A stretch of 64,000 nt of DNA from the human T2T-CHM13v2.0 reference genome, Homo sapiens. The translations under genes and the position numbers were made by a program. Of this stretch, positions 26,160 to 39,771 are shown in pieces (the stretch's first letter is position 1; each line of letters opens with the position of its first letter). The notes under the pieces are model-generated. The model saw only the letters and a program-made list of their open reading frames with translations, did no database searches and was not told where the DNA came from. The stretch lies in assembly GCF_009914755.1 (NCBI RefSeq), contig NC_060931.1; one strand, 5' to 3'.

Positions 26160-28199
26160 CATTCTCAGAAACTACTTTGTGATGTGTGCCTTCAACTCAC
26201 AGAGTTTAACCTTTCTTTTCTTAGAGCAGTTTAGAAACACTCTGCTTGTTATGTCTGCAAGTGGATATTTGGACCTCTTTGAGGCCTTCGTTGCAAACGG
26301 GGTTTCTTCCTTTAATGCTAGACTAAGAAGAGTTCTCAGTAACTTTTTTGTGTTGTGTGTATTCAACTCACAGAGTTGAACCTTGCTTTAGAGAGAGCAG
26401 ATTTGAAACACTCTTGCTGTGGCATTTTCAGGTGGAGATTTCAAGCGATTTGAGGACAATTACAGAAAAGGAAATATCTTCGTATAATAACCAGACAGAA
26501 TCATTCTCAGAAAGTGCTTTGTGATGTGTGCGTTCAACTCACAGAGTTTAACCTTTCTTTTCATAGAGGAGTTTGGAAACACACTGTTTGTAAAGTCTGC
26601 AAGTGGATATATGGACCTGTTTGAGGCCTTCGTTGGAAACGGGATTTCTTCATTGAATGCTAGACGGAAGAATTCTCAGTAAATTCTTTGTGTTGTGTGT
26701 ATTCAACTCACAGAGTGGAACGTCCCTTTACACAGAGCAGATTTGAAACACTCTTTTTGTGGAATTTGCAAGTGGAGATTTCAAGCGATTTGATGCCAAC
26801 AGTAGAAAAGGAAATATCTGCAGTTAAAACTAGACAGAATCATTCTCAGAAAGTGCTTTGTGATGTGTGCGTTCAAATCACAGAGTTTAACCTTTCTTTT
26901 CATAGAGGAGTTTGGAAACACACTGTTTGTAAAGTCTGCAAGTGGATATATTGACCTGTTTGAGGCCTTAGTTGGAAATGGGATTTTATCATATAATGCT
27001 AGACGGAAGAATTCTCAGTAAATTCTTTGTGTTGTGTGCATTCAACTCACAGAGTGGAACGTCCCTTTAGACTGAGCAGATTTGAAACACTCTTTTTGCG
27101 GAATTTGCAAGTGGAGATTTCTAGCCATTTGATGCCAACAGTAGAAAGGGAAATATCTTCAAATAAAAACTAGACAGAATCATCCTCAGAAAATTCTTTG
27201 TGATGTGTGCGTTCAACTCACATAGTTTAACCCTTCTTTTCGTAGAGCAGTTTGGAAACACTGTGTTGGTAATGTCTGCAAGTGGATATATGGACCGCTT
27301 TGAGGCCTTCGTTGGAAACGGGATTTCTTCATTTCATGCTAGACAGAAGAATTCTCAGTAACTTCTTTGTGTTGTGTGTATTCAACTCACAGATTGGAAC
27401 GTCCCTTTACACAGAGCAGATTTGAAACACTCTTTTTGTGGAATTTGCAAGTGGAGATTTCAAGCTATTTGATGCCAACAGTAGAAAAGGAAATATCTGC
27501 AAATAAAAACTAGACAGAATCATTCTCAGAAAGTGCTTTGTGATGTGTGCGTTCAACTCACAGAGTTTAACCTTTCTTTTCATAGAGGAGTTTGGAAACA
27601 TACTGTTTGTAAAGTCTGCAATTGGATATATGGACCTGTTTGAGGCCTTCGTTGGAAACGGGATTTCTTCATTGAATGCTAGACGGAAGAATTCTCAGTA
27701 AATTCTTTGTGTTTGTGCATTCAACTCACAGAGTGGAACGTCCCTTTAGACAGAGCAGATTTGAAACACTCTTTTTGCGGAATTTGCAAGTGGAGATTTC
27801 TAGCCATTTGATGCCAACAGTAGAAAGGGAAATATCTTCAAATAAAAACCAGACAGAATCATTCTCAGAAAATTCTTTGTGATGTGTGCGTTCAACTCAC
27901 ATAGTTTAACCTTTCTTTTCATAGAGCAGTTTGGAAACACTCTGTTTGTAAAGTCTGCAAGTGGATATATGGACCGCATTGAGGCCTTCGTTGGAAACGG
28001 GATTTCTTCATTTCATGCTAGACAAAAGAATTCTCAGTAACTTCTTTGTGCTGTGTGTATTCAACTCACAGAGTGGAACGTCCCTTTACACAGAGCAGAT
28101 TTGAAACACTCTTTTTGTGGAATTTGCAAGTGGAGATTTCAAGCGATTTGATGCCAACAGTAGAAAAGGAAATATCTTCAAATAAAAACTAGACAGAAT
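26160..28199 (+). repeat. 12-mer HOR variant (A-[B/C hybrid]-B-C-B-C)
   Basis: A-to-A distance 2040 bp (two small deletions near 26823 and 27712); B-to-C switch at ~26690-26700. Confidence 0.85.
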
Positions 28200-30580
28200 C
28201 ATTCTCAGAAACTACTTTGTGATGTGTGCCTTAAACTCACAGAGTTTAACCTTTCTTTTCTTAGAGCAGTTTAGAAACACTCTGCTTGTTATGTCTGCAA
28301 GTGGATATTTGGACCTCTTTGAGGCCTTCGTTGCAAACGGGGTTTCTTCCTTTAATGCTAGACTAAGAAGAGTTCTCAGTAACTTTTTTGTGTTGTGTGT
28401 ATTCAACTCACAGAGTTGAACCTTGCTTTAGAGAGAGCAGATTTGAAACACTCTTGCTGTGGAATTTTCAGGTGGAGATTTCAAGCGATTTGAGGACAAT
28501 TACAGAAAAGGAAATATCTTCGTATAATAACCAGACAGAATCATTCTCAGAAAGTGCTTTGTGATGTGTGCGTTCAACTCACAGAGTTTAACCTTTCTTT
28601 TCATAGAGGAGTTTGGAAACACACTGTTTGTAAAGTCTGCAAGTGGATATATGGACCTGTTTGAGGCCTTCGTTGGAAACGGGATTTCTTCATTGAATGC
28701 TAGACGGAAGAATTCTCAGTAAATTCTTTGTGTTGTGTGCATTCAACTCACAGAGTGTAACGTCCCTTTAGACAGAGCAGATTTGAAACACTCTTTTTGC
28801 GGAATTTGCAAGTGGAGATTTCTAGCCATTTGATGCCAACAGTAGAAAGGGAAATATCTTCAAATAAATACCAGACAGAATCATTATCAGAAAATTCTTT
28901 GTGATGTGTGCGTTCAACTCACATAGTTTAACCTTTCTTTTCATAGAGCAGTTTGGAAACACTCTGTTTGTAAAGTCTGCAAGTGGATATATGGACCGCA
29001 TTGAGGCTTTCGTTGGAAACGGGATTTCTTCATTTCATGCTAGACAGAAGAATTCTCAGTAACTTCTTTATGCTGTGTGTATTCAACTCACAGAGTGGAA
29101 CGTCCCTTTACACAGAGCAGATTTGAAACACTCTTTTTGTGGAATTTGCAAGTGGAGATTTCAAGCGATTTGATGCCAACAGTAGAAAAGGAAATATCTG
29201 CAATTAAAACTAGACAGAATCATTCTCAGAAAATGCTTTGTGATGTGTGCGGTCAAATCACAGAGTTTAACCTTTCTTTTCATAGAGGAGTTTGGAAACA
29301 CACTGTTTGTAAAGTCTGCAAGTGGATATATTGACCTGTTTGAGGCCTTAGTTGGAAATGGGATTTTATCATATAATGCTAGACGGAAGAATTCTCAGTA
29401 AATTCTTTGTGTTGTGTGCATTCAACTCACAGAGTGGAACGTCCCTTTAGACTGAGCAGATTTGAAACACTCTTTTTGCGGAATTTGCAAGTGGAGACTT
29501 CTAGCCATTTGATGCCAACAGTAGAAAGGGAAATATCTTCAAATAAAAACTAGACAGAATCATCCTCAGAAAATTCTTTGTGATGTGTGCGTTCAACTCA
29601 CATAGTTTAACCTTTCTTTTCGTAGAGCAGTATGGAAACACTCTGTTGGTAATGTCTGCAAGTGGATATATGGACCGCTTTGAGGCCTTCGTTGGAAACG
29701 GGATTTCTTCATTTCATGCTAGACAGAAGAATTCTCAGTAACTTCTTTGTGTTGTGTGTATTCAACTCACAGATTGGAACGTCCCTTTACACAGAGCAGA
29801 TTTGAAACACTCTTTTTGTGGAATTTGCAAGTGGAGATTTCAAGCGATTTGATGCCAACAGTAGAAAAGGAAATATCTTCAAATAAAAACTAGACAGAAT
29901 CATTCTCAGAAAGTGCTTTGTGATGTGTGCGTTCAACTCACAGAGTTTAACCTTTCTTTTCATAGAGGAGTTTGGAAACACACTGTTTGTAAAGTCTGCA
30001 ATTGGATATATGGACCTGTTTGAGGCCTTCGTTGGAAACGGGATTTCTTCATTGAATGCTAGACGGAAGAATTCTCAGTAAATTCTTTGTGTTGTGTGCA
30101 TTCAACTCACAGCGTTGAACGTCCCTTTAGACAGAGCAGATTTGAAACACTCTTTTTGCGGAATTTGCAAGTGGAGATTTCTAGCCATTTGATGCCAACA
30201 GTAGAAAGGGAAATATCTTCAAATAAAAACCAGACAGAATCATTCTCAGAAAATTCTTTGTGATGTGTGCGTTCAACTCACATAGTTTAACCTTTCTTTT
30301 CATAGAGCAGTTTGGAAACACTCTGTTTGTAAAGTCTGCAAGTGGATATATGGACCGCATTGAGGCCTTCGTTGGAAACGGGATTTCTTCATTTCATGCT
30401 AGACAGAAGAATTCTCAGTAACTTCTTTGTGCTGTGTGTATTCAACTCACAGAGTGGAACGTCCCTTTGCACAGAGCAGATTTGCAACACTCTTTTTGTG
30501 GAATTTGCAAGTGGAGATTTCAAGCGATTTGATGCCAACAGTAGAAAAGGAAATATCTTCAAATAAAAACTAGACAGAAT
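28200..30580 (+). repeat. 14-mer HOR variant
   Basis: A-to-A distance 2381 bp. Confidence 0.88.
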
Positions 30581-32624
30581 CATTATCAGAAACTACTTTG
30601 TGATGTGTGCCTTAAACTCACAGAGTTTAACCTTTCTTTTCTTAGAGCAGTTTAGAAACACTCTGCTTGTTATGTCTGCAAGTGGATATTTGGACCTCTT
30701 TGAGGCCTTCGTTGCAAACGGGGTTTCTTCCTTTAATGCTAGACTAAGAAGAGTTCTCAGTAACTTTTTTGTGTTGTGTGTATTCAACTCACAGAGTTGA
30801 ACCTTGCTTTAGAGAGAGCAGATTTGAAACACTCTTGCTGTGGCATTTTCAGGTGGAGATTTCAAGCGATTTGAGGACAATTGCAGAAAAGGAAATATCT
30901 TCGTATAATAACCAGACAGAATCATTCTCAGAAAGTGCTTTGTGATGTGTGCGTTCAACTCACAGAGTTTAACCTTTCTTTTCATAGAGGAGTTTGGAAA
31001 CACACTGTTTGTAAAGTCTGCAAGTGGATATATGGACCTGTTTGAGGCCTTCGTTGGAAACGGGATTTCTTCATTGAATGCTAGACGGAAGAATTCTCAG
31101 TAAATTCTTTGTGTTGTGTGCATTCAACTCACAGAGTGGAACGTCCCTTTAGACAGAGCAGATTTGAAACACTCTTTTTGCGGAATTTGCAAGTGGAGAT
31201 TTCTAGCCATTTGATGCCAACAGTAGAAAGGGAAATATCTTCAAATAAATACCAGACAGAATCATTCTCAGAAAATTCTTTGTGATGTGTGCGTTCAACT
31301 CACATAGTTTAACCTTTCTTTTCATAGAGTAGTTTGGAAACACTCTGTTTGTAAAGTCTGCAAGTGGATATATGGACCGCATTGAGGCCTTCGTTGGAAA
31401 CGGGATTTCTTCATTTCATGCTAGACAGAAGAATTCTCAGTAACTTCTTTGTGCTGTGTGTATTCAACTCACAGAGTGGAACGTCCCTTTACACAGAGCA
31501 GATTTGAAACACTCTTTTTGTGGAATTTGCAAGTGGAGATTTCAAGCGATTTGATGCCAACAGTAGAAAAGGAAATATCTTCAAATAAAAAGTAGACAGA
31601 ATCATTCTCAGAAACTACTTTGTGATGTGTGCCTTCAACTCACAGAGTTTAACCTTTCTTTTCTTAGAGCAGTTTAGAAACACTCTGCTTGTTATGTCTG
31701 CAAGTGGATATTTGGACCTCTTTGAGGCCTTCGTTGCAAACGGGGTTTCTTCCTTTAATGCTAGACTAAGAAGAGTTCTCAGTAACTTTTTTGTGTTGTG
31801 TGTATTCAACTCACAGAGTTGAACCTTGCTTTAGAGAGAGCAGATTTGAAACACTCTTGCTGTGGCATTTTCAGGTGGAGATTTCAAGCGATTTGAGGAC
31901 AATTGCAGAAAAGGAAATATCTTCGTATAATAACCAGACAGAATCATTCTCAGAAAGTGCTTTGTGATGTGTGCGTTCAACTCACAGAGTTTAACCTTTC
32001 TTTTCATAGAGGAGTTTGGAAACACACTGTTTGTAAAGTCTGCAAGTGGATATATGGACCTGTTTGAGGCCTTCGTTGGAAACGGGATTTCTTCATTGAA
32101 TGCTAGACGGAAGAATTCTCAGTAAATCCTTTGTGTTGTGTGCATTCAACTCACAGAGTGCAACGTCCCTTTAGACTGAGCAGATTTGAAACACTCTTTT
32201 TGCGGAATTTGCAAGTGGAGATTTCTAGCCATTTGATGCCAACAGTAGAAAGGGAAATATCTTCAAATAAATACCAGACAGAATCATTCTCAGAAAATTC
32301 TTTGTGATGTGTGCGTTCAACTCACATAGTTTAACCTTTCTTTTCATAGAGCAGTTTGGAAACACTCTGTTTGTAAAGTCTGCAGGTGGATATATGGACC
32401 GCATTGAGGCCTTCGTTGGAAACGGCATTTCTTCATTTCATGCTAGACAGAAGAATTCTCAGTAACTTCTTTGTGCTGTGTGTATTCAACTCACAGAGTG
32501 GAACGTCCCTTTGCACAGAGCAGATTTGAAACACTCTTTTTGTGGAATTTGCAAGTGGAGATTTCAAGCGATTTGATGCCAACAGTAGAAAAGGAAATAT
32601 CTTCAAATAAAAACTAGACAGAAT

Positions 32625-34326
32625 CATTCTCAGAAACTACTTTGTGATGTGTGCCTTCAACTCACAGAGTTTAACCTTTCTTTTCTTAGAGCAGTTTAGA
32701 AACACTCTGCTTGTTATGTCTGCAAGTGGATATTTGGACCTCTTTGGGGCCTTCGTTGCAAACGGGGTTTCTTCCTTTAATGCTAGACTAAGAAGAGTTC
32801 TCAGTAACTTTTTTGTGTTGTGTGTATTCAACTCACAGAGTTGAACCTTGCTTTAGAGAGAGCAGATTTGAAACACTCTTGCTGTGGCATTTTCAGGTGG
32901 AGATTTCAAGCGATTTGAGGACAATTGCAGAAAAGGAAATATCTTCGTATAATAACCAGACAGAATCATTCTCAGAAAGTGCTTTGTGATGTGTGCGTTC
33001 AACTCACAGAGTTTAACCTTTCTTTTCATAGAGGAGTTTGGAAACACACTGTTTGTAAAGTCTGCAAGTGGATATATGGACCTGTTTGAGGCCTTCGTTG
33101 GAAACGGGATTTTATCATATAATGCTAGACGGAAGAATTCTCAGTAAATTCTTTGTGTTGTGTGCATTCAACTCACAGAGTGTAACGTCCCTTTAGACAG
33201 AGCAGATTTGAAACACTCTTTTTGCGGAATTTGCAAGTGGAGATTTCTAGCCATTTGATGCCAACAGTAGAAAGGGAAATATCTTCAAATAAAAACTAGA
33301 CAGAATCATCCTCAGAAAATTCTTTGCGATATGTGCGTTCAACTCACATAGTTTAACCTTTCTTTTCATAGAGCAGTTTGGAAACACTCTGTTGGTAATG
33401 TCTGCAAGTGGATATATGGACCGCTTTGAGGCCTTCGTTGGGAACGGGATTTCTTCATTTCATGCTAGACAGAAGAATTCTCAGTAACTTCTTTGTGTTG
33501 TGTGTATTCAACTCACAGATTGGAACGTCCCTTTACACAGAGCAGATTTGAAACACTCTTTTTGTGGAATTTGCAAGTGGAGATTTCAAGCGATTTGATG
33601 CCAACAGTAGAAAAGGAAATATCTGCAAATAAAAACTAGACAGAATCATTCTCAGAAAGTGCTTTGTGATGTGTGCATTCAAATCACAGAGTTTAACCTT
33701 TCTTTTCATAGAGGAGTTTGGAAACACACTGTTTGTAAAGTCTGCAAGTGGATATATTGACCTGTTTGAGGCCTTCGTTGGAAATGGGATTTTATCATAT
33801 AATGCTAGACGGAAGAATTCTCTGTAAATTCTTCGTGTTGTGTGCATTCAACTCACAGAGTGGAACGTCCCTTTAGACTGAGCAGATTTGAAACACTCTT
33901 TTTGCGGAATTTGCAAGTGGAGATTTCTAGCCATTTGATGCCAACAGTAGAAAGGGAAATATCTTCAAATAAAAACTAGACAAAATCATCCTCAGAAAAT
34001 TCTTTGTGATGTGTGCGTTCAACTCTCATAGTTTAACCTTTCTTTTCATAGAGCAGTTTGGAAACACTCTGTTGGTAATGTCTGCAAGTGGATATATGGA
34101 CCGCTTTGAGGCCTTCGTTGGAAACGGGATTTCTTCATTTCATGCTAGACAGAAGAATTCTCAGTAACTTCTTTGTGTTGTGTGTATTCAACTCACAGAT
34201 TGGAACGTCCCTTTACACAGAGCAGATTTGAAACACTCTTTTTGTGGAATTTGCAAGTGGAGATTTCAAGCGATTTGATGCCAACAGTAGAAAAGGAAAT
34301 ATCTTCAAATAAAAACTAGACAGAAT
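32625..34326 (+). repeat. 10-mer HOR variant
   Basis: A-to-A distance 1702 bp. Confidence 0.88.
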
Positions 34327-37300
34327 CATTCTCAGAAATTGCTTTGTGATGTGTGCCTTCAACTCACAGAGTTTAACCTTTCTTTTCTTAGAGCAGTTTA
34401 GAAACACTCTGCTTGTTATGTCTGCAAGTGGATATTTGGACCTCTTTGAGGCCTTCTTTGCAAACGGGGTTTCTTCCTTTAATGCTAGACTAAGAAGAGT
34501 TCTCTGTAACTTTTTTGTGTTGTGTGTATTCAACTCACAGAGTTGAACCTTGCTTTAGAGAGAGCAGATTTGAAACACTCTTGCTGTGGCATTTTCAGGT
34601 GGAGATTTCAAGCGATTTGAGGACAATTGCAGAAAAGGAAATATCTTCGTATAATAACCAGACAGAATCATTCTCAGAAAGTGCTTTGTGATGTGTGCGT
34701 TCAACTCACAGAGTTTAACCTTTCTTTTCATAGAGGAGTTTGGAAACACACTGTTTGTAAAGTCTGCAAGAGGAAATATGGACCTGTTTGAGGCCTTCGT
34801 TCGAAACGGGATTTCTTCATTGAATGCTAGACGGAAGAATTCTCAGTAAATTCTTTGTGTTGTGTGCATTCAACTCACAGAGTGGAACGTCCCTTTAGAC
34901 AGAGCAGATTTGAAACACTCTTTTTGCGGAATTTGCAATTGGAGATTTCTAGCCATTTGATGCCAAGAGTAGAAAGGGAAATATCTTCAAATAAAAACCA
35001 GACAGAATCATTCTCAGAAAATTCTTTGTGATGTGTGCGTTCAACTCACATAGTTTAACCTTTCTTTTCATAGAGCAGTTTGGAAACACTCTGTTTGTAA
35101 AGTCTGCAAGTGGATATATGGACCGCATTGAGGCCTTCGTTGGAAACGGGATTTCTTCATTTCATGCTAGACAGAAGAATTCTCAGTAACTTCTTTGTGC
35201 TGTGTGTATTCAACTCACAGAGTGGAACGTCCCTTTACACAGAGCAGATTTGAAACACTCTTTTTGTGGAATTTGCAAGTGGAGATTTCAAGCGATTTGA
35301 TGCCAACAGTAGAAAAGGAAATATCTTCAAATAAAAACTAGACAGAATCATTCTCAGAAACTACTTTGTGATGTGTGCCTTAAACTCACAGAGTTTAACC
35401 TTTCTTTTCTTAGAGCAGTTTAGAAACACTCTGCTTGTTATGTCTGCAAGTGGATATTTGGACCTCTTTGAGGCCTTCGTTGCAAACGGGGTTTCTTCCT
35501 TTAATGCTAGACTAAGAAGAGTTCTCAGTAACTTTTTTGTGTTGTGTGTATTCAACTCACAGAGTTGAACCTTGCTTTAGAGAGAGCAGATTTGAAACAC
35601 TCTTGCTGTGGCATTTTCAGGTGGAGATTTCAAGCGATTTGAGGACAATTGCAGAAAAGGAAATATCTTCGTATAATAACCAGACAGAATCATTCTCAGA
35701 AAGTGCTTTGTGATGTGTGCGTTCAACTCACAGAGTTTAACCTTTCTTTCCATAGAGGAGTTTGGAAACACACTGTTTGTAAAGTCTGCAAGTGGAAATA
35801 TGGACCTGTTTGAGGCCTTCGTTCGAAACGGGATTTCTTCATAGAATGCTAGACGGAAGAATTCTCAGTAAATTCTTTGTGTTGTGTGCATTCAACTCAC
35901 AGAGTGGAACGTCCCTTTAGACAGAGCAGATTTGAAACACTCTTTTTGCGGAATTTGCAAGTGGAGACTTCTAGCCATTTGATGCCAAGAATAGAAAGGG
36001 AAATATCTTCAAATAAAAACCAGACAGAATCATTCTCAGAAAATTCTTTGTGATGTGTGCGTTCAACTCACATAGTTTAACCTTTCTTTTCATAGAGCAG
36101 TTTGGAAACACTCTGTTTGTAAAGTCTGCAAGTGGATATATGGACCGCATTGAGGCCTTCGTTGGAAACGGGATTTCTTCATTTCCTGCTAGACAGAAGA
36201 ATTCTCAGTAACTTCTTTGTGCTGTGTGTATTCAACTCACAGAGTGGAACGTCCCTTTGCACAGAGCATATTTGAAACACTCTTTTTGTGGAATTTGCAA
36301 GTGGAGATTTCAAGCGATTTGATGCCAACAGTAGAAAAGGAAATATCTTCAAATAAAAACTAGACAGAATCATTCTCAGAAACTACTTTGTGATGTGTGC
36401 CTTCAACTCACAGAGTTTAACCTTTCTTTTCTTAGAGCAGTTTAGAAACACTCTGCTTGTTATGTCTGCAAGTGGATATTTGGACCTCTTTGAGGCCTTC
36501 GTTGCAAACGGGGTTTCTTCCTTTAATGCTAGACTAAGAAGAGTTCTTAGTAACTTTTTTGTGTTGTGTGTATTCAACTCACAGATTTGAACCTTGCTTT
36601 AGAGAGCAGATTTGAAACACTCTTGCTGTGGCATTTTCAGGTGGAGATTTCAAGCGATTTGAGGACAATTGCAGAAAAGGAAATATCTTCGTATAATAAC
36701 CAGACAGAATCATTCTCAGAAAGTGCTTTGTGATGTGTGCGTTCAACTCACAGAGTTTAACCTTTCTTTTCATAGAGGAGTTTGGAAACACACTGTTTGT
36801 AAAGTCTGCAAGTGGATATATGGACCTGTTTGAGGCCTTCGTTGGAAACGGGATTTCTTCATTGAATGCTAGACGGAAGAATTCTCAGTAAATTCTTTGT
36901 GTTGTGTGCATTCAACTCACAGAGTGGAACGTCCCTTTAGACAGAGCAGATTTGAAACACTCTTTTTGCGGAATTTGCAAGTGGAGATTTCTAGCCATTT
37001 GATGCCAACAGTAGAAAGGGAAATATCTTCAAATAAAAACCAGACAGAATCATTCTCAGAAAATTCTTTGTGATGTGTGCGTTCAACTCACATAGTTTAA
37101 CCTTTCTTTTCATAGAGCAGTTTGGAAACACTCTGTTTGTAAAGTCTGCAAGTGGATATATGGACCGCATTGAGGCCTTCGTTGGAAACGGGATTTCTTC
37201 ATTTCATGCTAGACAGAAGAATTCTCAGTAACTTCTTTGTGCTGTGTGTATTCAACTCACAGAGTGGAACGTCCCTTTGCACAGAGCAGATTTGAAACAC

Positions 37301-37390
37301 TCTTTTTGTGGAATTTGCAAGTGGAGATTTCAAGCGATTTGATGCCAACAGTAGAAAAGGAAATATCTTCAAATAAAAACTAGACAGAAT

Positions 37391-39771
37391 CATTCTCAGA
37401 AACTACTTTGTGATGTGTGCCTTCAACTCACAGAGTTTAACCTTTCTTTTCTTAGAGCAGTTTAGAAACACTCTGCTTGTTATGTCTGCAAGTGGATATT
37501 TGGACCTCTTTGAGGCCTTCGTTGCAAACGGGGTTTCTTCCTTTAATGCTAGACTAAGAAGAGTTCTCAGTAACTTTTTTGTGTTGTGTGTATTCAACTC
37601 ACAGAGGTGAACCTTGCTTTAGAGAGAGCAGATTTGAAACACTCTTGCTGTGGCATTTTCAGGTGGAGATTTCAAGCGATTTGAGGACAATTGCAGAAAA
37701 GGAAATATCTTCGTATAATAACCAGACAGAATCATTCTCAGAAAGTGCTTTGTGATGTGTGCGTTCAACTCACAGAGTTTAACCTTTCTATTCATAGAGG
37801 AGTTTGGAAACACACTGTTTGTAAAGTCTGCAATTGGATATATGGACCTGTTTGTGGCCTTCGTTGGAAACGGGATTTCTTCATTGAATGCTAGATGGAA
37901 GAATTCTCAGTAAATTCTTTGTGTTGTGTGCATTCAACTCACAGAGTGGAACGTCCCTTTAGACAGAGCAGATTTGAAACACTCTTTTTGCGGAATTTGC
38001 AAGTGGAGATTTCTAGCCATTTGATGTCAACAGTAGAAAGGGAAATTTCTTCAAATAAAAACCAGACAGAATCATTCTCAGAAAATTCTTTGTGATGTGT
38101 GCGTTCAACTCACATAGTTTAACCTTTCTTTTCATAGAGGAGTTTGGAAACACTCTGTTTGTAACGTCTGCAAGTGGATATATGGACCGCATTGAGGCCT
38201 TCGTTGGAAACGGGATTTCTTCATTTCATGCTAGACAGAAGAATTCTCAGTAACTTCTTTGTGCTGTGTGTATTCAACTCACAGAGTGGAACGTCCCTTT
38301 ACACAGAGCAGATTTGAAACACTCTTTTTGTGGAATTTGCAAGTGGAGATTTCAAGCGATTTGATGCCAACAGTAGAAAAGGAAATATCTGCAATTAAAA
38401 CTAGACAGAATCATTCTCAGAAAATGCTTTGTGATGTGTGCGGTCAAATCACAGAGTTTAACCTTTCTTTTCATAGAGGAGTTTGGAAACACACTGTTTG
38501 TAAAGTCTGCAAGTGGATATATTGACCTGTTTGAGGCCTTAGTTGGAAATGGGATTTTATCATATAATGCTAGACGGAAGAATTCTCAGTAAATTCTTTG
38601 TGTTGTGTGCATTCAACTCACAGAGTGGAACGTCCCTTTAGACTGAGCAGATTTGAAACACTCTTTTTGCGGAATTTGCAAGTGGAGATTTCTAGCCATT
38701 TGATGCCAACAGTAGAAAGGGAAATATCTTCAAATAAAAACTAGACAGAATCATCCTCAGAAAATTCTTTGTGATGTGTGCGTTCAACTCACATAGTTTA
38801 ACCTTTCTTTTCGTAGAGCAGTATGGAAACACTCTGTTGGTAATGTCTGCAAGTGGATATATGGACCGCTTTAAGGCCTTCGTTGGAAACGGGATTTCTT
38901 CATTTCATGCTAGACAGAAGAATTCTCAGTAACTTCTTTGTGTTGTGTGTATTCAACTCACAGATTGGAACGTCCCTTTACACAGAGCAGATTTGAAACA
39001 CTCTTTTTGTGGAATTTGCAAGTGGAGATTTCAAGCGATTTGATGCCAACAGTAGAAAAGGAAATATCTGCAAATAAAAACTAGACAGAATCATTCTCAG
39101 AAAGTGCTTTGTGATGTGTGCGTTCAACTCACAGAGTTTAACCTTTCTTTTCATAGAGGAGTTTGGAAACACACTGTTTGTAAAGTCTGCAATTGGATGT
39201 ATGGACCTGTTTGAGGCCTTCGTTGGAAACGGGATTTCTTCATTGAATGCTAGACGGAAGAATTCTCAGTAAATTCTTTGTGTTGTGTGCATTCAACTCA
39301 CAGCGTTGAACGTCCCTTTAGACAGAGCAGATTTGAAACACTCTTTTTGCGGAATTTTCAAGTGGAGATTTCTAGCCATTTGATGCCAACAGTAGAAAGG
39401 GAAATATCTTCAAATAAAAACCAGACAGAATCATTCTCAGAAAATTCTTTGTGATGTGTGCGTTCAACTCACATAGTTTAACCTTTCTTTTCATAGAGCA
39501 GTTTGGAAACACTCTGTTTGTAAAGTCTGCAAGTGGATATATGGACCGCATTGAGGCCTTCGTTGGAAACGGGATTTCTTCATTTCATGCTAGACAGAAG
39601 AATTCTCAGTAACTTCTTTGTGCTGTGTGTATTCAACTCACAGAGTGGAACGTCCCTTTGCACAGAGCAGATTTGAAACACTCTTTTTGTGGAATTTGCA
39701 AGTGGAGATTTCAAGCGATTTGATGCCAACAGTAGAAAAGGAAATATCTTCAAATAAAAACTAGACAGAAT
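37391..39771 (+). repeat. 14-mer HOR variant (related to 28200-30580)
   Basis: A-to-A distance 2381 bp; shares private variants with the copy 9191 bp upstream. Confidence 0.88.
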
